DNA of 64,000 nucleotides, taken from Eledone cirrhosa (Eukaryota). A model generated the notes under the pieces. That model was not told where the DNA came from and searched no databases. It was given only the letters and a program-made list of their open reading frames with translations. Each line of letters opens with the position of its first letter. Positions within the stretch are counted from its first letter, which is position 1. This document shows, in pieces, positions 26,960 through 42,059 of this stretch. The stretch is taken from positions 62,001-126,000 of the forward strand of contig CAXHJY010001439.1 of assembly GCA_964016885.1 (NCBI GenBank), in the 5' to 3' direction. Made by a program: the position numbers and the translations under genes.

Positions 26960-27673
26960 TATACACTCTAATATATATCAACAATGCTCATCAGGAATAG
27001 TTTCTATTAGGTTTTAAAGTCGTCCATATTTATCTGAGAGGAAATAACAGTTTAATAGAAGGAAGTTTTATAACTTGTCCCAGCAAAGTGGTTGAATTTC
27101 TAAAGAGAGACCCCCTCCCCCCTAAAAAACAACAAAATAAATAGCAAAAACAAAACAAAAAATCACAACAAAGCAAAAACAAAACATGACAACAAAAATA
27201 TATAAAAATATATTAAATATATAAAAATATATAAAATATTTTTAAATATATAAAAATATATAAAAATATTTTTAAATATATAAAAATATATTAAATATAT
27301 AAAAATATATAAAAATATATGAAATATATAAAAATATATAAAATTATTTTTAAATATATAAGAATATATAAAATATATAAGAATATATAAAAATATATAT
27401 ATAAAGATATAAAAATCAAACCCCTTCCCCCTAAAAACAATAAAAATAACCGAACGGTGATATGAGACGGGATTTATATCTTTATCAACTATAAAATTAC
27501 TCTTGTTTGTTAGAGTTATTTCTGTGTTTTTTGTTTGTTGTGTTCTATGTATACACATACACTTACACACATATACGTGTATATATATATGTATATATAT
27601 AGTAAAAGAGTGTGGACATTAGAAAATCTTCTATACATATCACGTTATATAAGGAAAATGATATATATATGTG

Positions 27674-27737
<64 letters not shown>

Positions 27738-27995
27738 GATATTAAATAAATGGAAACTATATTTATAAAACCATATTTATTCTATTATATATATTTCAAG
27801 TGTACCAAAACTTTGGTACGCTTTCATCAGATAAAATGCAAAGTTTGTTTTATAAATTTTGACATAACCAAGAAAAGATACCTTAACGGTTCAAGTTTTC
27901 ATTTAATATTATACTCCAGAAAACTTGTCGAGTGCTCTGAATCAGTTATAACATTTATACTTGTTGAATTACCAACAAATTGAATATCCCTTTTG

Positions 27996-28067
<72 letters not shown>

Positions 28068-28186
28068 AAAAGAGTCAGGATCTCGACGGCTGAGTTCCCG
28101 CCGTTTCGACAGCTAGATCCGAACTCATATATATATATATAAAATGAAAAAAACACCGTTAAATACTCGCGTTAATCCCCTGTAAT

Positions 28187-28370
28187 TTAATTGTTTCTAC
28201 GTTAGACACAAGGCCAGCAATTACCCAGTGCATTACTGGTACTTTATTTTATCGACCCCGTAAGGATGAAAGGCAAAGTTAACCTTGGCAGGATTTGAAC
28301 TCGGAATGGCAAGGGCCGTAACTCTATACGTCAAAGCATGGCGTCCGACCCTCTACCAATACTGCCAATT
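28187..28370 (-). mobile_element. SINE copy
   Basis: Reverse complement of head, B-box, core and tail. Confidence 0.85.
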
Positions 28371-28403
28371 TAATGAACTCAAGTAATAAGTACCGGGCTC
28401 TTC

Positions 28404-28804
28404 ATAATACAGTATATAGAGAAGAAAACACAAAAGGAAATGCTTTCAATTGCAGTGGATTAAGAACCACTAGAATGAAAAACAAAGTCTACGAAAGAGT
28501 GGAAAATACATATTAATTAAAAGATTAAATCAAAATGTACAAACCAACCTTAATAACTATAAAACACTTGGACAAACTCTAAAAAGAGAATGTTTCGCCA
28601 TAAAAAGTGTCGATACCATTCTTTCTCAGGGCTTCTCAACAGGTGTAAAGGCAGCATGATCGACACGTCTAAAGAAACTTTAGACATCTGTAATATCGCA
28701 CATGGTGAAAGAAGACTTAGTAGACTTTATGATTTTCACTCTAGTGGTTCTCTACCCCTCGTAATTGAAAACATTCCCTTTTGTGTTTTCTTCTCTATAT
28801 ACTG

Positions 28805-28810
<6 letters not shown>
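28404..28810 (-). mobile_element. PLE pLTR-like remnant with ~90-bp diverged inverted repeats
   Basis: ataatacagtatatagagaagaaaacacaaaagg...agtcta (28404-28490) versus tagactt...ccttttgtgttttcttctctatatactgtattat (28720-28810), with an internal hammerhead motif. Confidence 0.65.
28564..28646 (-). ncRNA. Hammerhead ribozyme motif, U3-A8 variant with extended loop II
   Basis: Minus strand: acacctg-TTGAGAA-gcc...ggc-GAAAC-attctctttttagagttt-GTC-caagtgt; stem I acacctg/caagtgt (1 mismatch). Confidence 0.6.
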
Positions 28811-28839
<29 letters not shown>

Positions 28840-29010
28840 TATTGGTGCTCTGAAATAGCGATGTATACATGAATGTATGTATAGTATATTTGGCAATATA
28901 CTGTATGTTTAATTAAAAACATTTTGAAGACCATTCACTACGAGTTTTAAAAAATAGTGACTACGTCACTTTTTCTCGACAAAAACAATGGAATATATAT
29001 ATATATAAGG

Positions 29011-29085
29011 GGTCTGACGAGCTGTGGATTACAGAGTCAGGCTAGATCGAACCTTGAGCTGATCAGTGGCGAAACGCGCGTCACC
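29011..29085 (+). ncRNA. Hammerhead ribozyme, canonical core, extended stem II
   Basis: ggt-CTGACGA-gctgtggatt...gatcagtggc-GAAAC-gcgc-GTC-acc, followed by AATAAA; palindromic stem III ACGCGCGT. Confidence 0.8.
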
Positions 29086-29186
29086 AACAAATAAACGTAA
29101 TGAAGGAGTAATCAATTGTCCTTGTTTTATTTTACTATATATCACTCTCTCTCCCTCTCTCTCTCTCTTTATAAATATATCTATAT

Positions 29187-29955
29187 CTAGGGCGGGTAAA
29201 ATTCCCGAGATCCATGGACGAGTTCTCTCCAGTGGTCTCTGTCCCTCATTATCGCTGCCATGTCCTGCGTCTCCAATAGACCAGTGTCTGTCCTTAGGGC
29301 ATCAACATACGTTAACCTTGGTCTTCCTCTTCCAGTGTGTCCATGTAGGGGCTCCCACAGGAGCACTGAGTGCAATGTCAACTCTGGATGTCGGTGAGCA
29401 TGTCCAGCTAACCTCAGTCTCCTCTGTGTTACTTTTGAGCTGACTTTTGGGAGGCTCCCATACAGCTCTGAGTTTTTCATCCTCAGTGTATACTGATTAA
29501 TGTTCAGAGCCATCCCCAGTATTCTCGTGTAGCACCCATCCACCATCTGAGTGAGTTTATTGGTCAGTGTCCAAGTCTCAGAACCGTACAGCAGCACAGA
29601 CTCCACTACAGCAATGAAGAGGCGGATTTTCAGGTCTTTACGAAGGGCCGACTTCCAGACCGATCTCAAGCTGTAGCACGCCGCCCAGGCCTCGCTCTTC
29701 CTCTCAACCACATCATCTTCCGTATTCCTAATCTTTGCTCCCAAATACAGGAAGTCCTCAACCAATTCTAGCGGCTTCCCGCCTACACTAGTGATCCCTC
29801 TGGCTTCTCAATATTCTCTACCAGATATTTTGTTTTAGTCTCATTCATTCTCAGCCCCACACTCATCGATACAGTCTCAACCTCCTGCATCAAATCCTCT
29901 GCCTCTTTCACTGTATTTGTCACCAAAACTACGACGTCGGCAAATTCAGCATCCG
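29187..29955 (-). mobile_element. RTE-clade LINE 3' fragment (RT C-terminus), frameshifted near 29780
   Basis: EFADVVVL...VGLRMNETKTK / VEDFLYLGA...VLLYGSETWTLT...RRLRLAGH...GRGRPRLTY...DRDHWR are typical RTE C-terminal motifs. Confidence 0.9.
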
Positions 29956-29987
<32 letters not shown>

Positions 29988-30049
29988 GTAGAGCAAATAC
30001 TTATTATTAGCACAGCTATAGTGTATATATAGTGTCGTGCTAATGTACA

Positions 30050-30114
30050 CAAAATCCCGCCAGGAATCGAACTCGCGCTCATCTATAGATAACGCTCTAC
30101 ACTGTACCCGGAAC

Positions 30115-30118
<4 letters not shown>
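30050..30118 (-). mobile_element. Degenerate tRNA-derived SINE head (different family)
   Basis: Minus strand contains gagttcgattcctggcggga (B-box GTTCGATTCC) and a weak A-box upstream. Confidence 0.4.
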
Positions 30119-30176
<58 letters not shown>

Positions 30177-30906
30177 CTCACACATTTATCAAATGATAAG
30201 TGAACGCGGGTGCAACTGGTCCGTATGAGGGGAAAAAAACACATCTTAAGTATATTTTATATATATTTCATATATTATATTTTATATTTGTTTTGTCTGT
30301 TTTAAATGAAACGAAACCAGAGTCGTTTAAGCCATGGTTTCCATCTTTACACTTCGTAGATGTCACATTAAATTAGCCAACACACGTTCCAGACGCCATC
30401 ACATACTCAATGTCGGATTGTCTCCCCTGGAGATTTCACACTGTGACTAAGATCTCCCATCACACGTCGCAACAGTTCATCTCCTTCCCCGCTTCGTCGC
30501 CATTTTGTTTTAACTTGTTTAACATTCAATTAAATGATATGGCAGTAAGAAAGCCGAGGAAAGAACACGACTTTCTCGGGCGTAGCCTTTTTTTCTAGTT
30601 GATTTCATATCTTCGTTCCAGTTACCTCTTTTTCTCTCTTCTGAACACTGGACCCTATTCACATTCATCAGAAGCCCCTTCATCTGTGTGTGTGAGTGTA
30701 AGTGTATATATATATATATATGTGCGCGTGTGAGCGTATCTATCTAGATGATTTTGTATATATATATATATATATAAAGTGAAAAATGTATATATATGCT
30801 GTACACCCTTGATAGAAAGCAAAACACCCCTTATTTTCTAGTCCCTGATAAAATAGTTCAAGGGTAGATAAATCGAAATAAATCATTATACATCTCTCTC
30901 TCTCTC

Positions 30907-30944
<38 letters not shown>

Positions 30945-30969
30945 ATATTTTTCTTGGTGCAATACTTGC

Positions 30970-32301
<1,332 letters not shown>

Positions 32302-32439
32302 GTTCTTATCTATGGTGATGATGATGGGGATATTGATAGTGGTGGCAGAGATAGAGGTAATGTTGGTGGGTCTAGTAATATGTCTGTTGGAGACTCGTGT
32401 GTGAGAGAATGGAGGGTGTTTGTAGGGCTGGCTGTCGTG

Positions 32440-33155
32440 GTGCTGGCTGTAGTGGTGGTGGTGGTGGTGGTTGTGGTGGTGGTGGCGGTGGTAGTGGTGG
32501 CTGTGGTGTAGATTGTTGTTGCGGTGGTAGTGGTGGTTGTGGTGGCTGTGGTGGCGGTGGTAGTGGTGGCTGTGGTGTAGGTTGTTGTTATGGTGGTAGT
32601 GGTGGTTGTGTTAGCGGTGGTAGTGGTGGCTGTGGTGGCGGTGGTAGTGGTGGCTGTGGTGTAGGTTGTGATGGCGGTGGTAGTGGTGGCTGTGGTGTAG
32701 GTTGTGATGGCGGTGGTAGTGGTGGCTGTGGTGTAGGTTGTTGTTGTGGTGGTAGTGGTGGTTGTGGTGGCGGTAGTAGTGGTGGCTGTGGTGGCGGTGG
32801 TAGTGGTGGCTGTGGTGTCGGTTGTGGTGGTGGTAGTGGTGGCTGTGGTGTCGGTTGTGGTGGTGGTAGTGGTGGCTGTGGTGTCGGTTGTGGTGGCGGT
32901 GGTAGTGGTGGTTGTGGTGGCGGTGGTAGTGGTGGCTGTGGTGCCGGTGGTGGCTGTGGTGCCGGTGGTAGTGGTGGCTGTGGTGTCGGTTGTGGTGGTG
33001 GTAGTGGTGGCGGTGGTAGTGGTGGTTTTGGTGGCGGTGGTAGTGGTGGCTGTGGTGGCGGTGGTAGTGGTGGCTGTGGTGCCGGTGGTAGTGGTGGCTA
33101 TGGTGGCGGTGGTAGTGGTGGCCGTGGTAGTGGTGGTAGTGGTGGCTGTGGTGTA
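32440..33155. repeat. (GGT)n-based repeat (GGTAGTGGTGGCTGT)
   Basis: Directly visible. Confidence 0.9.
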
Positions 33156-33249
33156 TGTTTGTTTGTGGTATGAGATGTAAACCTCCAGGAACATCTTATT
33201 TCATACTTGACTAAATGTTGACAGGGAGATGGTCATAATGGTTTGTACA

Positions 33250-33297
<48 letters not shown>

Positions 33298-33298
<1 letters not shown>

Positions 33299-33787
33299 AG
33301 GCGGTGGGTTGGCAGTATCGGTAGAGAGTCGGACGCCATGTTTTACAGCATTGAGTTACGGCCCTCTACGGTCTGTGTTCAAATCCCGCCGAGGTTAACT
33401 TTGCCTTTCACATTTACGGGGTCGATAAAATAAAGTACCAGTCACGCACTGGGGTCGATTTAATCGACTTTCCCCTCCCCACAAATTACTGGCCTTGTGC
33501 CTAAATCAGAAACCATTATTCTTATTCTTCTTAGTATTATAAGGGGGGTGGATTGGCAGTATCGGTAGAACATCGGATACCATGTTTGCAGCATAGGGTT
33601 ATGGCCCTTTACGTTCTGAGTTAAAATTCTGCCGATGTTAGCTTTGTGCATCACTGGTACTTTCTTTTATCGACCCCGTAAGGATGAAAGGTAAAGTTGA
33701 CCTCGGCGGGATTTGAACTCAGAACGTAAAGGGTCGTAACTCTATGCTTCAAAGCATGGCGTCCGACCTACCGCTACTGCCAATCCA
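33298..33787. mobile_element. SINE cluster: full + copy (33298-33520), partial + copy (33541-33650), - copy (33651-33787)
   Basis: Same head, B-box and core motifs as the other copies. Confidence 0.85.
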
Positions 33788-33809
33788 ATGTGGTGGTACT
33801 TGTGTCATG

Positions 33810-35645
33810 ATGGTTGAGCTGGTGATGTTGTTGTTTATGGTTGTGTGGCGGTGGTTGTGTTGTGGTGGTTTGTTGTTGGTGGTGGTTGTGTGATGGTGAT
33901 GTTGTTGGTCGTGGTTGTGTGGCGGTGGTTGTGTTGTGGTAGTTTGTTGTTGGTGGTGGTTGTGTGATGGTGATGTTGTTGGTCGTGGTTGTGTGGCGGT
34001 GGTTGTGTGGCGGTGGTTGTGTTGTGGTAGTTTGTTGTTGGTGGCGGTTGTGTGATGGTGATGTTGTTGGTCGTGGTTGTGTGGCGGTGGTTGTGTGGCG
34101 GTGGTTGTGTGGCGGTGGTTGTGTTGTGGTAGTTTGTTGTTGGTGGCGGTTGTGTGATGGTGATGTTGTTGGTCGTGGTTGTGTGGCGGTGGTTGTGTGG
34201 CGGTGGTTGTGTTGTGGTGGTTTGTTGTTGGTGGTGGTTGTGTGATGGTGATGTTGTTGTTGGTCGTGGTTGTGTGGCGGTGGTTGTGTTGTTGGTGGTG
34301 GTTGTGTGATGGTGATGTTGTTGGTCGTGGTTGTGTGGCGGTGGTTGTGTGGCGGTGGTTGTGTTGTGGTGGTTTGTTGTTGGTTGTGTGATGGTGATGT
34401 TGTTGTTGGTCGTGGTTGTGTTGTGGTGGTTTGTTGTTGGTGGTGGTTGTGTGATGGTGATGTTGTTGTTGGTCGTGGTTGTGTTGTGGTGGTTTGTTGT
34501 TGGTGGTGGTTGTGTGATGGTGATGTTGTTGGTCGTGGTTGTGTGGCGGTGGTTGTGTGCCGGTGGTTGTGTTGTGGTAGTTTGTTGTTGGTGGCGGTTG
34601 TGTGATGGTGATGTTGTTGGTCGTGGTTGTGTGGCGGTGGTTGTGTGGCGGTGGTTGTGTTGTGATAGTTTGTTGTTGGTGGCGGTTGTGTGATGGTGAT
34701 GTTGTTGGTCGTGGTTGTGTGGCGGAGGTTGTGTTGTGGTGGTTTGTTGTTGGTGGTGGTTGTGTGATGGTGATGTTGTTGGTCGTGGTTGGGGTGGCGG
34801 TGGTTGTGTTGTGGTGGTTTGTTGTTGGTGGTGGTTGTGTGATGGTGATGTTGTTGGTCGTGGTTGTGTGGCGGTGGTTGTGTTGTGGTGGTTTGTTGTT
34901 GGTGGTGGTTGTGTGATGGTGATGTTGTTGGTCGTGGTTGGGGTGGCGGTGGTTGTGTTGTGGTGGTTTGTTGTTGGTGGTGGTTGTGTGATGGTGATGT
35001 TGTTGGTCGTGGTTGTGTGGCGGTGGTTGTGTTGTGGTGGTTTGTTGTTGGTGGTGGTTGTGTGGTGGTGATGTTGTTGTTGGTGGTGGTTGTGTTGTGG
35101 TGGTTTGTTGTTGGTGGTGGTTGTGTGGCGGTGATGTTGTTGTTGGTCGTGGTTGTGTTGTGGTGGTTTGTTGTTGGTGGTGGTTGTGTGGTGGTGGTTA
35201 TGTGGTGGTGATGTTGTTGTTGGTCGTGGTTGTGTGGCGGTGGTTGTGTTGTGGAGGTTTGTTGTTGGTGGTGGTTGTGTGATGGTGATGTTGTTGGTGG
35301 TGGTTGTGTTGTGGTGGTTTGTTGTTGGTGGTGGTTGTGTGATGGTGATGTTGTTGGTCGTGGTTGCGTGGCGGTGGTTGTGTTGTTGTGGTTTGTTGTT
35401 GGTGGTGGTTGTGTGATGGTGATATTGTTGGTGGTGGTTGTGTAGTGGTGGTTTGTTGTTGGTGGTGGTTGTGTGGTGGTGGTTGTGTGATGGTGATGTT
35501 GTTGGTCGTGGTTGTGTGGCGGTGGTTGTGTTGTGGTGGTTTGTTGTTGGTGGTGGTTGTGTGGCGGTGGTTATGTGGTGGTGATGTTGTTGTTGGTCGT
35601 AGTTGTGTGGCGGTGGTCATGTGATGATAGTTGTGTTGTGGTGGT
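33810..35645. repeat. GT-rich minisatellite (~70-bp variable unit)
   Basis: gtgatggtgatgttgttggtcgtggttgtgtggcggtggttgtgttgtggtggtttgttgttgg is repeated. Confidence 0.9.
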
Positions 35646-35721
35646 CCCGTAATATACACGGTCTCCTTGGTAAAGCTTGCTATCAAACCAGTTCAGGCTT
35701 GACCAGCGGGCATTCTATCCT

Positions 35722-35830
35722 TTAATAATGGTTTCTACTTTTTGGCACAAGGCCAGCAATTACCCCAGTGTGTTACTGGTACTTTATTTTATCGACCCCG
35801 TAAGGATGAAAGGCAAAGTTAACCTCGGCA
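35722..35830 (-). mobile_element. SINE 3' fragment
   Basis: Reverse complement of core and tail. Confidence 0.8.
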
Positions 35831-35921
35831 ATATCTACATGTTGCATTCCTTAAGAGTGGAATACTGACTTGAATAATGGTCTTACTGATTTTAACTAGT
35901 AACATATATATATATATATAT

Positions 35922-36270
35922 ATAAAATATTAAACAAATAATGAACAAACAATTCCTTATATTAAACAAAAAAAGTTCACTATTTAACGATCGTTTCTAG
36001 GGTATATATGTGTTATAATTGGTATGCATATTTAACAGATCTATGTACAAAATTATACAAAATTATACAAATTATCAAGATTAAATATACATACCTAACT
36101 CATATATACGCCGTCTTCAGAAATAATATTTTATCTTGACTCTGTATACCGTTTATCTTTCACCGAAAGTGGATTTTCATTACATCTCTTCTTTCCATGA
36201 TATCCGGAATACATTGAGTTCTTCATACGGATTGGACACTACCGTAAACTCTTGGTAGATTTATCTACAT
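35922..36270. mobile_element. Miniature non-autonomous derivative of the 45599-56871 Naiad PLE
   Basis: 35922-36127 nearly matches 45735-45940, and 36124-36270 is the reverse complement of 45599-45745. Flanked by (AT)n on both sides. Confidence 0.93.
35976..36127 (-). ncRNA. Hammerhead ribozyme with giant stem II (copy 3)
   Basis: Near-identical reverse complement of 56666-56817. Confidence 0.75.
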
Positions 36271-36290
36271 ATATATATATATATATATTT

Positions 36291-36712
36291 ATAAAAGACG
36301 TAAAATAAGAATCTACCATTTGACCAGTGACAGCGAGATTTTCAGTGCATGGAATCCAGTCCCCGCTAGCTGTTCCATTTACCGAATTATTATTATTTTT
36401 ATATGAATCCCCAGTGTCCGCGCATTGCCTGGAGACTTAGCTGAGAATAGACCTCCCTGATGACGCAATGAATTCTCAACGGTTTATTACGTAACTGTCT
36501 TTATCCCATTGCAGAAACTAATTAGTTGCAGTGAAAATTTTAGTAAGTAAGTTAATTTTTAAAATTTTTTTAAAAAATTTTCTTATTTTACGTCTTTTAT
36601 ATTATTGTTCTGCATCCTCCTGCATTGAACCACCTAGGTACTATGACATAACCTGTGTATTTGCTGACATTAGCGTACATCTGTGCGCATATGTTAGTAG
36701 ATATACTAAATT
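36291..36712 (+). mobile_element. PLE pLTR remnant of another family, with a 21-bp inverted end and a tail
   Basis: ataaaagacgtaaaataagaa (36291-36311) is inverted at 36580-36600. Contains an internal hammerhead motif, and unique sequence continues ~110 bp to CT/(AT)n repeats. Confidence 0.6.
36453..36531 (+). ncRNA. Hammerhead ribozyme motif with extended stem II
   Basis: ctcc-CTGATGA-cgcaatg...cattgca-GAAAC-taatta-GTT-gcag; palindromic stem III AACTAATTAGTT. Confidence 0.7.
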
Positions 36713-36744
36713 CTCTCTCTATATATATTTATATATATATGGAC

Positions 36745-36776
<32 letters not shown>

Positions 36777-36872
36777 ATATATATATATATATAGTGATAT
36801 AATAATATATCTATAGTGATATATATTATGAAATACTGTTGGCTTCACGCTCACAATAATTTCTATACTTTC

Positions 36873-36946
<74 letters not shown>

Positions 36947-36962
36947 GTATATATATATATAA

Positions 36963-37015
<53 letters not shown>

Positions 37016-37018
37016 GTG

Positions 37019-37150
<132 letters not shown>

Positions 37151-37231
37151 CATATATATATATATATATGCATGTGCATATATATATATATATATATATG
37201 CACATACGCACATATATATATATATGTGCAC

Positions 37232-37264
<33 letters not shown>

Positions 37265-37388
37265 CATATATATATATATATATATGCATGTGCATATATA
37301 TATATATATGCACATACGCACATATATATATATATGTGCATATATATATATGCATATATATATATGTGCATATGTATATGTGCATATG

Positions 37389-37419
<31 letters not shown>

Positions 37420-37549
37420 ATATATATAAATAGTACATTAACACTGCCACCATGTGCGGAGTGTGTGTTGTATGATAGAAGTCATTTATCAAATATGTTG
37501 ACATATCAGATATTGTCATAGGAAGGGAAGTGAGAGAGAGAGAGAGAGT

Positions 37550-38715
37550 TACAACACCACCACAAACCGTCACCACTACCCCCACCATTCCCCACCACCA
37601 CCTCCATCACCATCATTACCTCCACCACCACCACCGCTATCACCATCACCACCATCACCACTACCACCACCGCCTCCACCACTATCACCACCACCGCTAT
37701 CACCATCACCACCACCACCATCACCACTATCACCACCATCACCACTATCACCACCACCACCACCACCACCACCACCACCACCACCACTATCACCACCACC
37801 ACTATCACCACCACTATCACCATCACCACCACCACCACCACCACTATCACCACCACCACTATCACCACCACTATCACCATCACCACCACCACCACCACCA
37901 CTATCACCACCACCACTATCACCACCACTATCACCATCACCACCACCACCACCACCACTATCACCACCACCACTATCACCACCACTATCACCACCACCAC
38001 CACCACCACTATCACCACCACTATCACCACCACCACCACCACCACTATCACCACCACCACTATCACCACCACTATCACCATCACCCCCCCCCCCACCATT
38101 ATCACCACCACCACTATCACCACCACCACCAGCAGCCCACCCCCACCACCCCCACCATTATCACCACCACCACTATCACCACCACCACTATCACCACCAC
38201 CACTATCACCACCACCACCAATATCACCACCACCGCCACCATTATCACCACCACCACTATCACTACCACCACTATCACCACCACCACCAATATCACCACC
38301 ACCGCCACCATTATCACCACCACCACTATCACCACCACCACTATCACTACCACCACTATCACAATCACCACCACCACCACCACCCCCACCACTATCACCA
38401 CCACCACTATCACTACCACCACTATCACAATCACCACCACCACCACCCCCACCACTATCACCATCACCACCACTATCACCATCACCACCACTATCACCAT
38501 CACCACCACTATCACCATCACCACCACTATCACCATCACCACCACTATCATCATCATGCCCACCACTACCACCACCATCACCACCATCACCAACACCACT
38601 ATCACCACCACCACCATCACCACCACTATCACCATCACCACTACCCCCCACCACTATCATCATCATGGCCACCACCACCACCGCCACCATTACCATCACC
38701 GTTATCATCATCATC
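37550..38715. repeat. (CAC)n/CACTAT repeat
   Basis: Directly visible. Confidence 0.9.
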
Positions 38716-38774
38716 AATATCTGTAGCATGTGACTATGAATTGCTTATCTCAAATATTGTTGTCCTGGACATGT

Positions 38775-39791
38775 GTGTGTATATGTGTGTATATCTGTCC
38801 CTGTATATATATATGTGTGTATGTGTATATCTGTCCCTGTCTGTATATATATATGTGTGTATGTGTATATACGTCCCTGTCTGTATATATATATGTGTGT
38901 ATGTGTATATACGTCCCTGTCTGTATATATATATGTGTGTATGTGTATATACGTCCCTGTCTGTATATATGTATGTGTGTATGTGTATATACGTCCCTGT
39001 CTGTATATATATATGTGTGTATGTGTATATACGTCCCTGTCTGTATATATATATGTGTGTATGTGTATATACGTCCCTGTCTGTATATATATATATGTGT
39101 GTATGTGTATATACGTCCCTGTCTGTATATATATATGTGTGTATGTGTATATACGTCCCTGTATATATATATATATATGTGTGTATGTGTATATACGTCC
39201 CTGTATATATATATATATATATATGTGTGTATGTGTATATACGTCCCTGTATATATATATATATATGTGTGTATGTGTATATACGTCCCTGTCTGTATAT
39301 ATATATGTGTGTATGTGTATATACGTTCCTGTCTGTATATATATATGTGTGTATGTGTATATACGTCCCTGTCTGTATATATATATGTGTGTATGTGTAT
39401 ATACGTCCCTGTCTGTATATATATATGTGTGTATGTGTATATACGTCCCTGTCTGTATATATATATGTGTGTATGTGTATATACGTCCCTGTATATATAT
39501 ATATATATATATGTGTGTATGTGTATATACGTCCCTGTATATATATATATATATGTGTGTATGTGTATATACGTCCCTGTCTGTATATATATATGTGTGT
39601 ATGTGTATATACGTTCCTCCCTGTATATATATATATGTGTGTATGTGTATATACGTCCCTGTATATATATATATATGTGTGTATGTGTATATACGTTCCT
39701 GTCTGTATATATATATGTGTGTATGTGTATATACGTTCCTGTCTGTATATATATATGTGTGTATGTGTATATACGTTCCTCTCTGTATATA

Positions 39792-39828
<37 letters not shown>

Positions 39829-39973
39829 CTATATACGTCTCTCTCTGTGTATATATATATATATATGTCTATGTGTATGTGTATATACGTCCCTCTCTGT
39901 ATATACATGTGTGTATGTCTATATACGTTCCTCTCTGTGTATATATATATGAGTGTATGTGTCTGTGTCTCTT

Positions 39974-40005
<32 letters not shown>

Positions 40006-40117
40006 ACTTTATCTCTCTTTCTCTCTCTCTCTCTCTTTCTCTCACTTTATCTCTCTTTATCTCTCTCTCTCTCTCTCTCTCTCTGTCTGTCTGTCTGTCT
40101 GTCTCTCTCTTTCTGTC

Positions 40118-40192
<75 letters not shown>

Positions 40193-40799
40193 GTCTGTCT
40201 GTCTCTCTCTTTCTCTCTCTGTCTGTCTGTCTGTCTCTCTCTTTCTCTCTCTTTCTCTCTCACTCTCTCTATGTCTGTCTCTCTCTCTCTTTTTCTCTGA
40301 CTGTCTATATATATGTGTGTGTGTGTGTGCCGCCTATGTCTATCTGTCCCTCTTTATATATGTGTGTTAATGTATGTCTATATGTATGTGTAATGTATGT
40401 GTTAATGAATGTGTATATCTATCTGTCCCTCTCTCTCTATACATATATATGTATATGTATATATATGTATATGTATCTCTATGTATATGTATATATATGT
40501 CCCCCTATATATACATATGTGTATGTGTACGTGTCCATATGTCCCTCTCTATATATATATGTGTGTATATGTCTATATGTCCCTATATATAAGTGTGTGT
40601 GTTAATATGAGTGTATGTGTATATGTCTCTCTCTCTCTATATATATATGTGTATATGTCTATATGTCCCTATATATATGTGTTAATGTGTGTATATGTAT
40701 ATGTCCCCCTATATATATGTGTATGTTAATGTGTGTATGTGTATATGTCTCTCTCTCTCTATATATATATATGTTAATGTGTGTATGTGTATATGTCTG

Positions 40800-40836
<37 letters not shown>

Positions 40837-41980
40837 GTGTTAAAGTGTGTATGTGTATATGTCTCCCTATATGTGTGTGTTAATGTGTGTGTGTGTATAT
40901 GTCTCCCTATATATATGTGTATGTTAATGTGTGTATGTGTATATGTCTCTCTTTCTCTCTCTCTATATATATATGTGTTAAAGTGTGTATGTGTATATGT
41001 CTCTCTATATGTGTGTGTTAATGTGTGTATGTGTATATGTCCCTATATATATGTGTGTGTATATGTCCCTATATATATATGTGTGTGTTAATGTGTGTAT
41101 GTGTATATGTCCCTATATATATGTGTGTTAATGTGTGTATGTGTATATGTCCCTATATATATGTGTGTGTTAATGTGTGTATGTGTATATGTCCCTATAT
41201 ATATGTGTGTTAATGTGTGTATGTGTATATGTCCCTATATATATGTGTGTGTTAATGTGTGTATGTGTATATTTCCCTATATATATGTGTGTGTTAATGT
41301 GTGTATGTCTATATGTCCCTATATATATGTGTGTGTATATGTCCCTATATATATGTGTGTGTATATGTCCCTATATATATGTGTGTGTATATGTCCCTAT
41401 ATATATGTGTGTGTTAATATGTCCCTATATATATGTGTGTGTTAATGTGTGTATGTCTATATGTCCCTATATATATGTGTGTATATGTCCCTATATATGT
41501 GTGTGTGTATATGTCCCTATATATGTGTGTGTGTTAATGTGTCCCTATATATGTGTGTGTGTGTATATGTCACTATATATATGTGTGTGTATATGTCCCT
41601 ATATATATGTGTGTGTATATGTCCCTATATATATGTGTGTGTTAATGTGTGTATGTCTATATGTCCCTATATATATATGTGTGTATATGTCCCTATATAT
41701 GTGTGTGTGTATATGTCCCTATATATGTGTGTGTGTATATGTCCCTATATATGTGTGTGTGTATATGTCCCTATATATATGTGTGTGTATATGTCCCTGT
41801 ATATATGTGTGTGTATATGTCCCTATATATGTGTGTGTGTATATGTCCCTATATATATGTGTGTGTATATGTCCCTGTATATATGTGTGTGTATATGTCC
41901 CTATATATGTGTGTGTGTATATGTCCCTGTATATATGTGTGTGTATATGTCCCTATATATGTGTGTGTGTTAATGTGTCC
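38775..41980. repeat. ~40-bp minisatellite (ATACGTCCCTGTCTGTATATATATATGTGTGTATGTGTAT), (CT)n tract and GTCCCTATATAT-type repeats
   Basis: Directly visible. Confidence 0.9.
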
Positions 41981-42059
41981 CCAGATGTCTCAGATAGAAA
42001 TGTAAACGAAAGCCAACAGTGGATCTTATCACGACTTTCGTTATCTGGTGTAACATATA

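Noticed and set aside
32397-33173. Gly/Cys-rich keratin-associated-like ORF (and the similar one at 43004-44029)
   Set aside because: (GGT)n repeats open in several frames and on both strands; no independent coding evidence.
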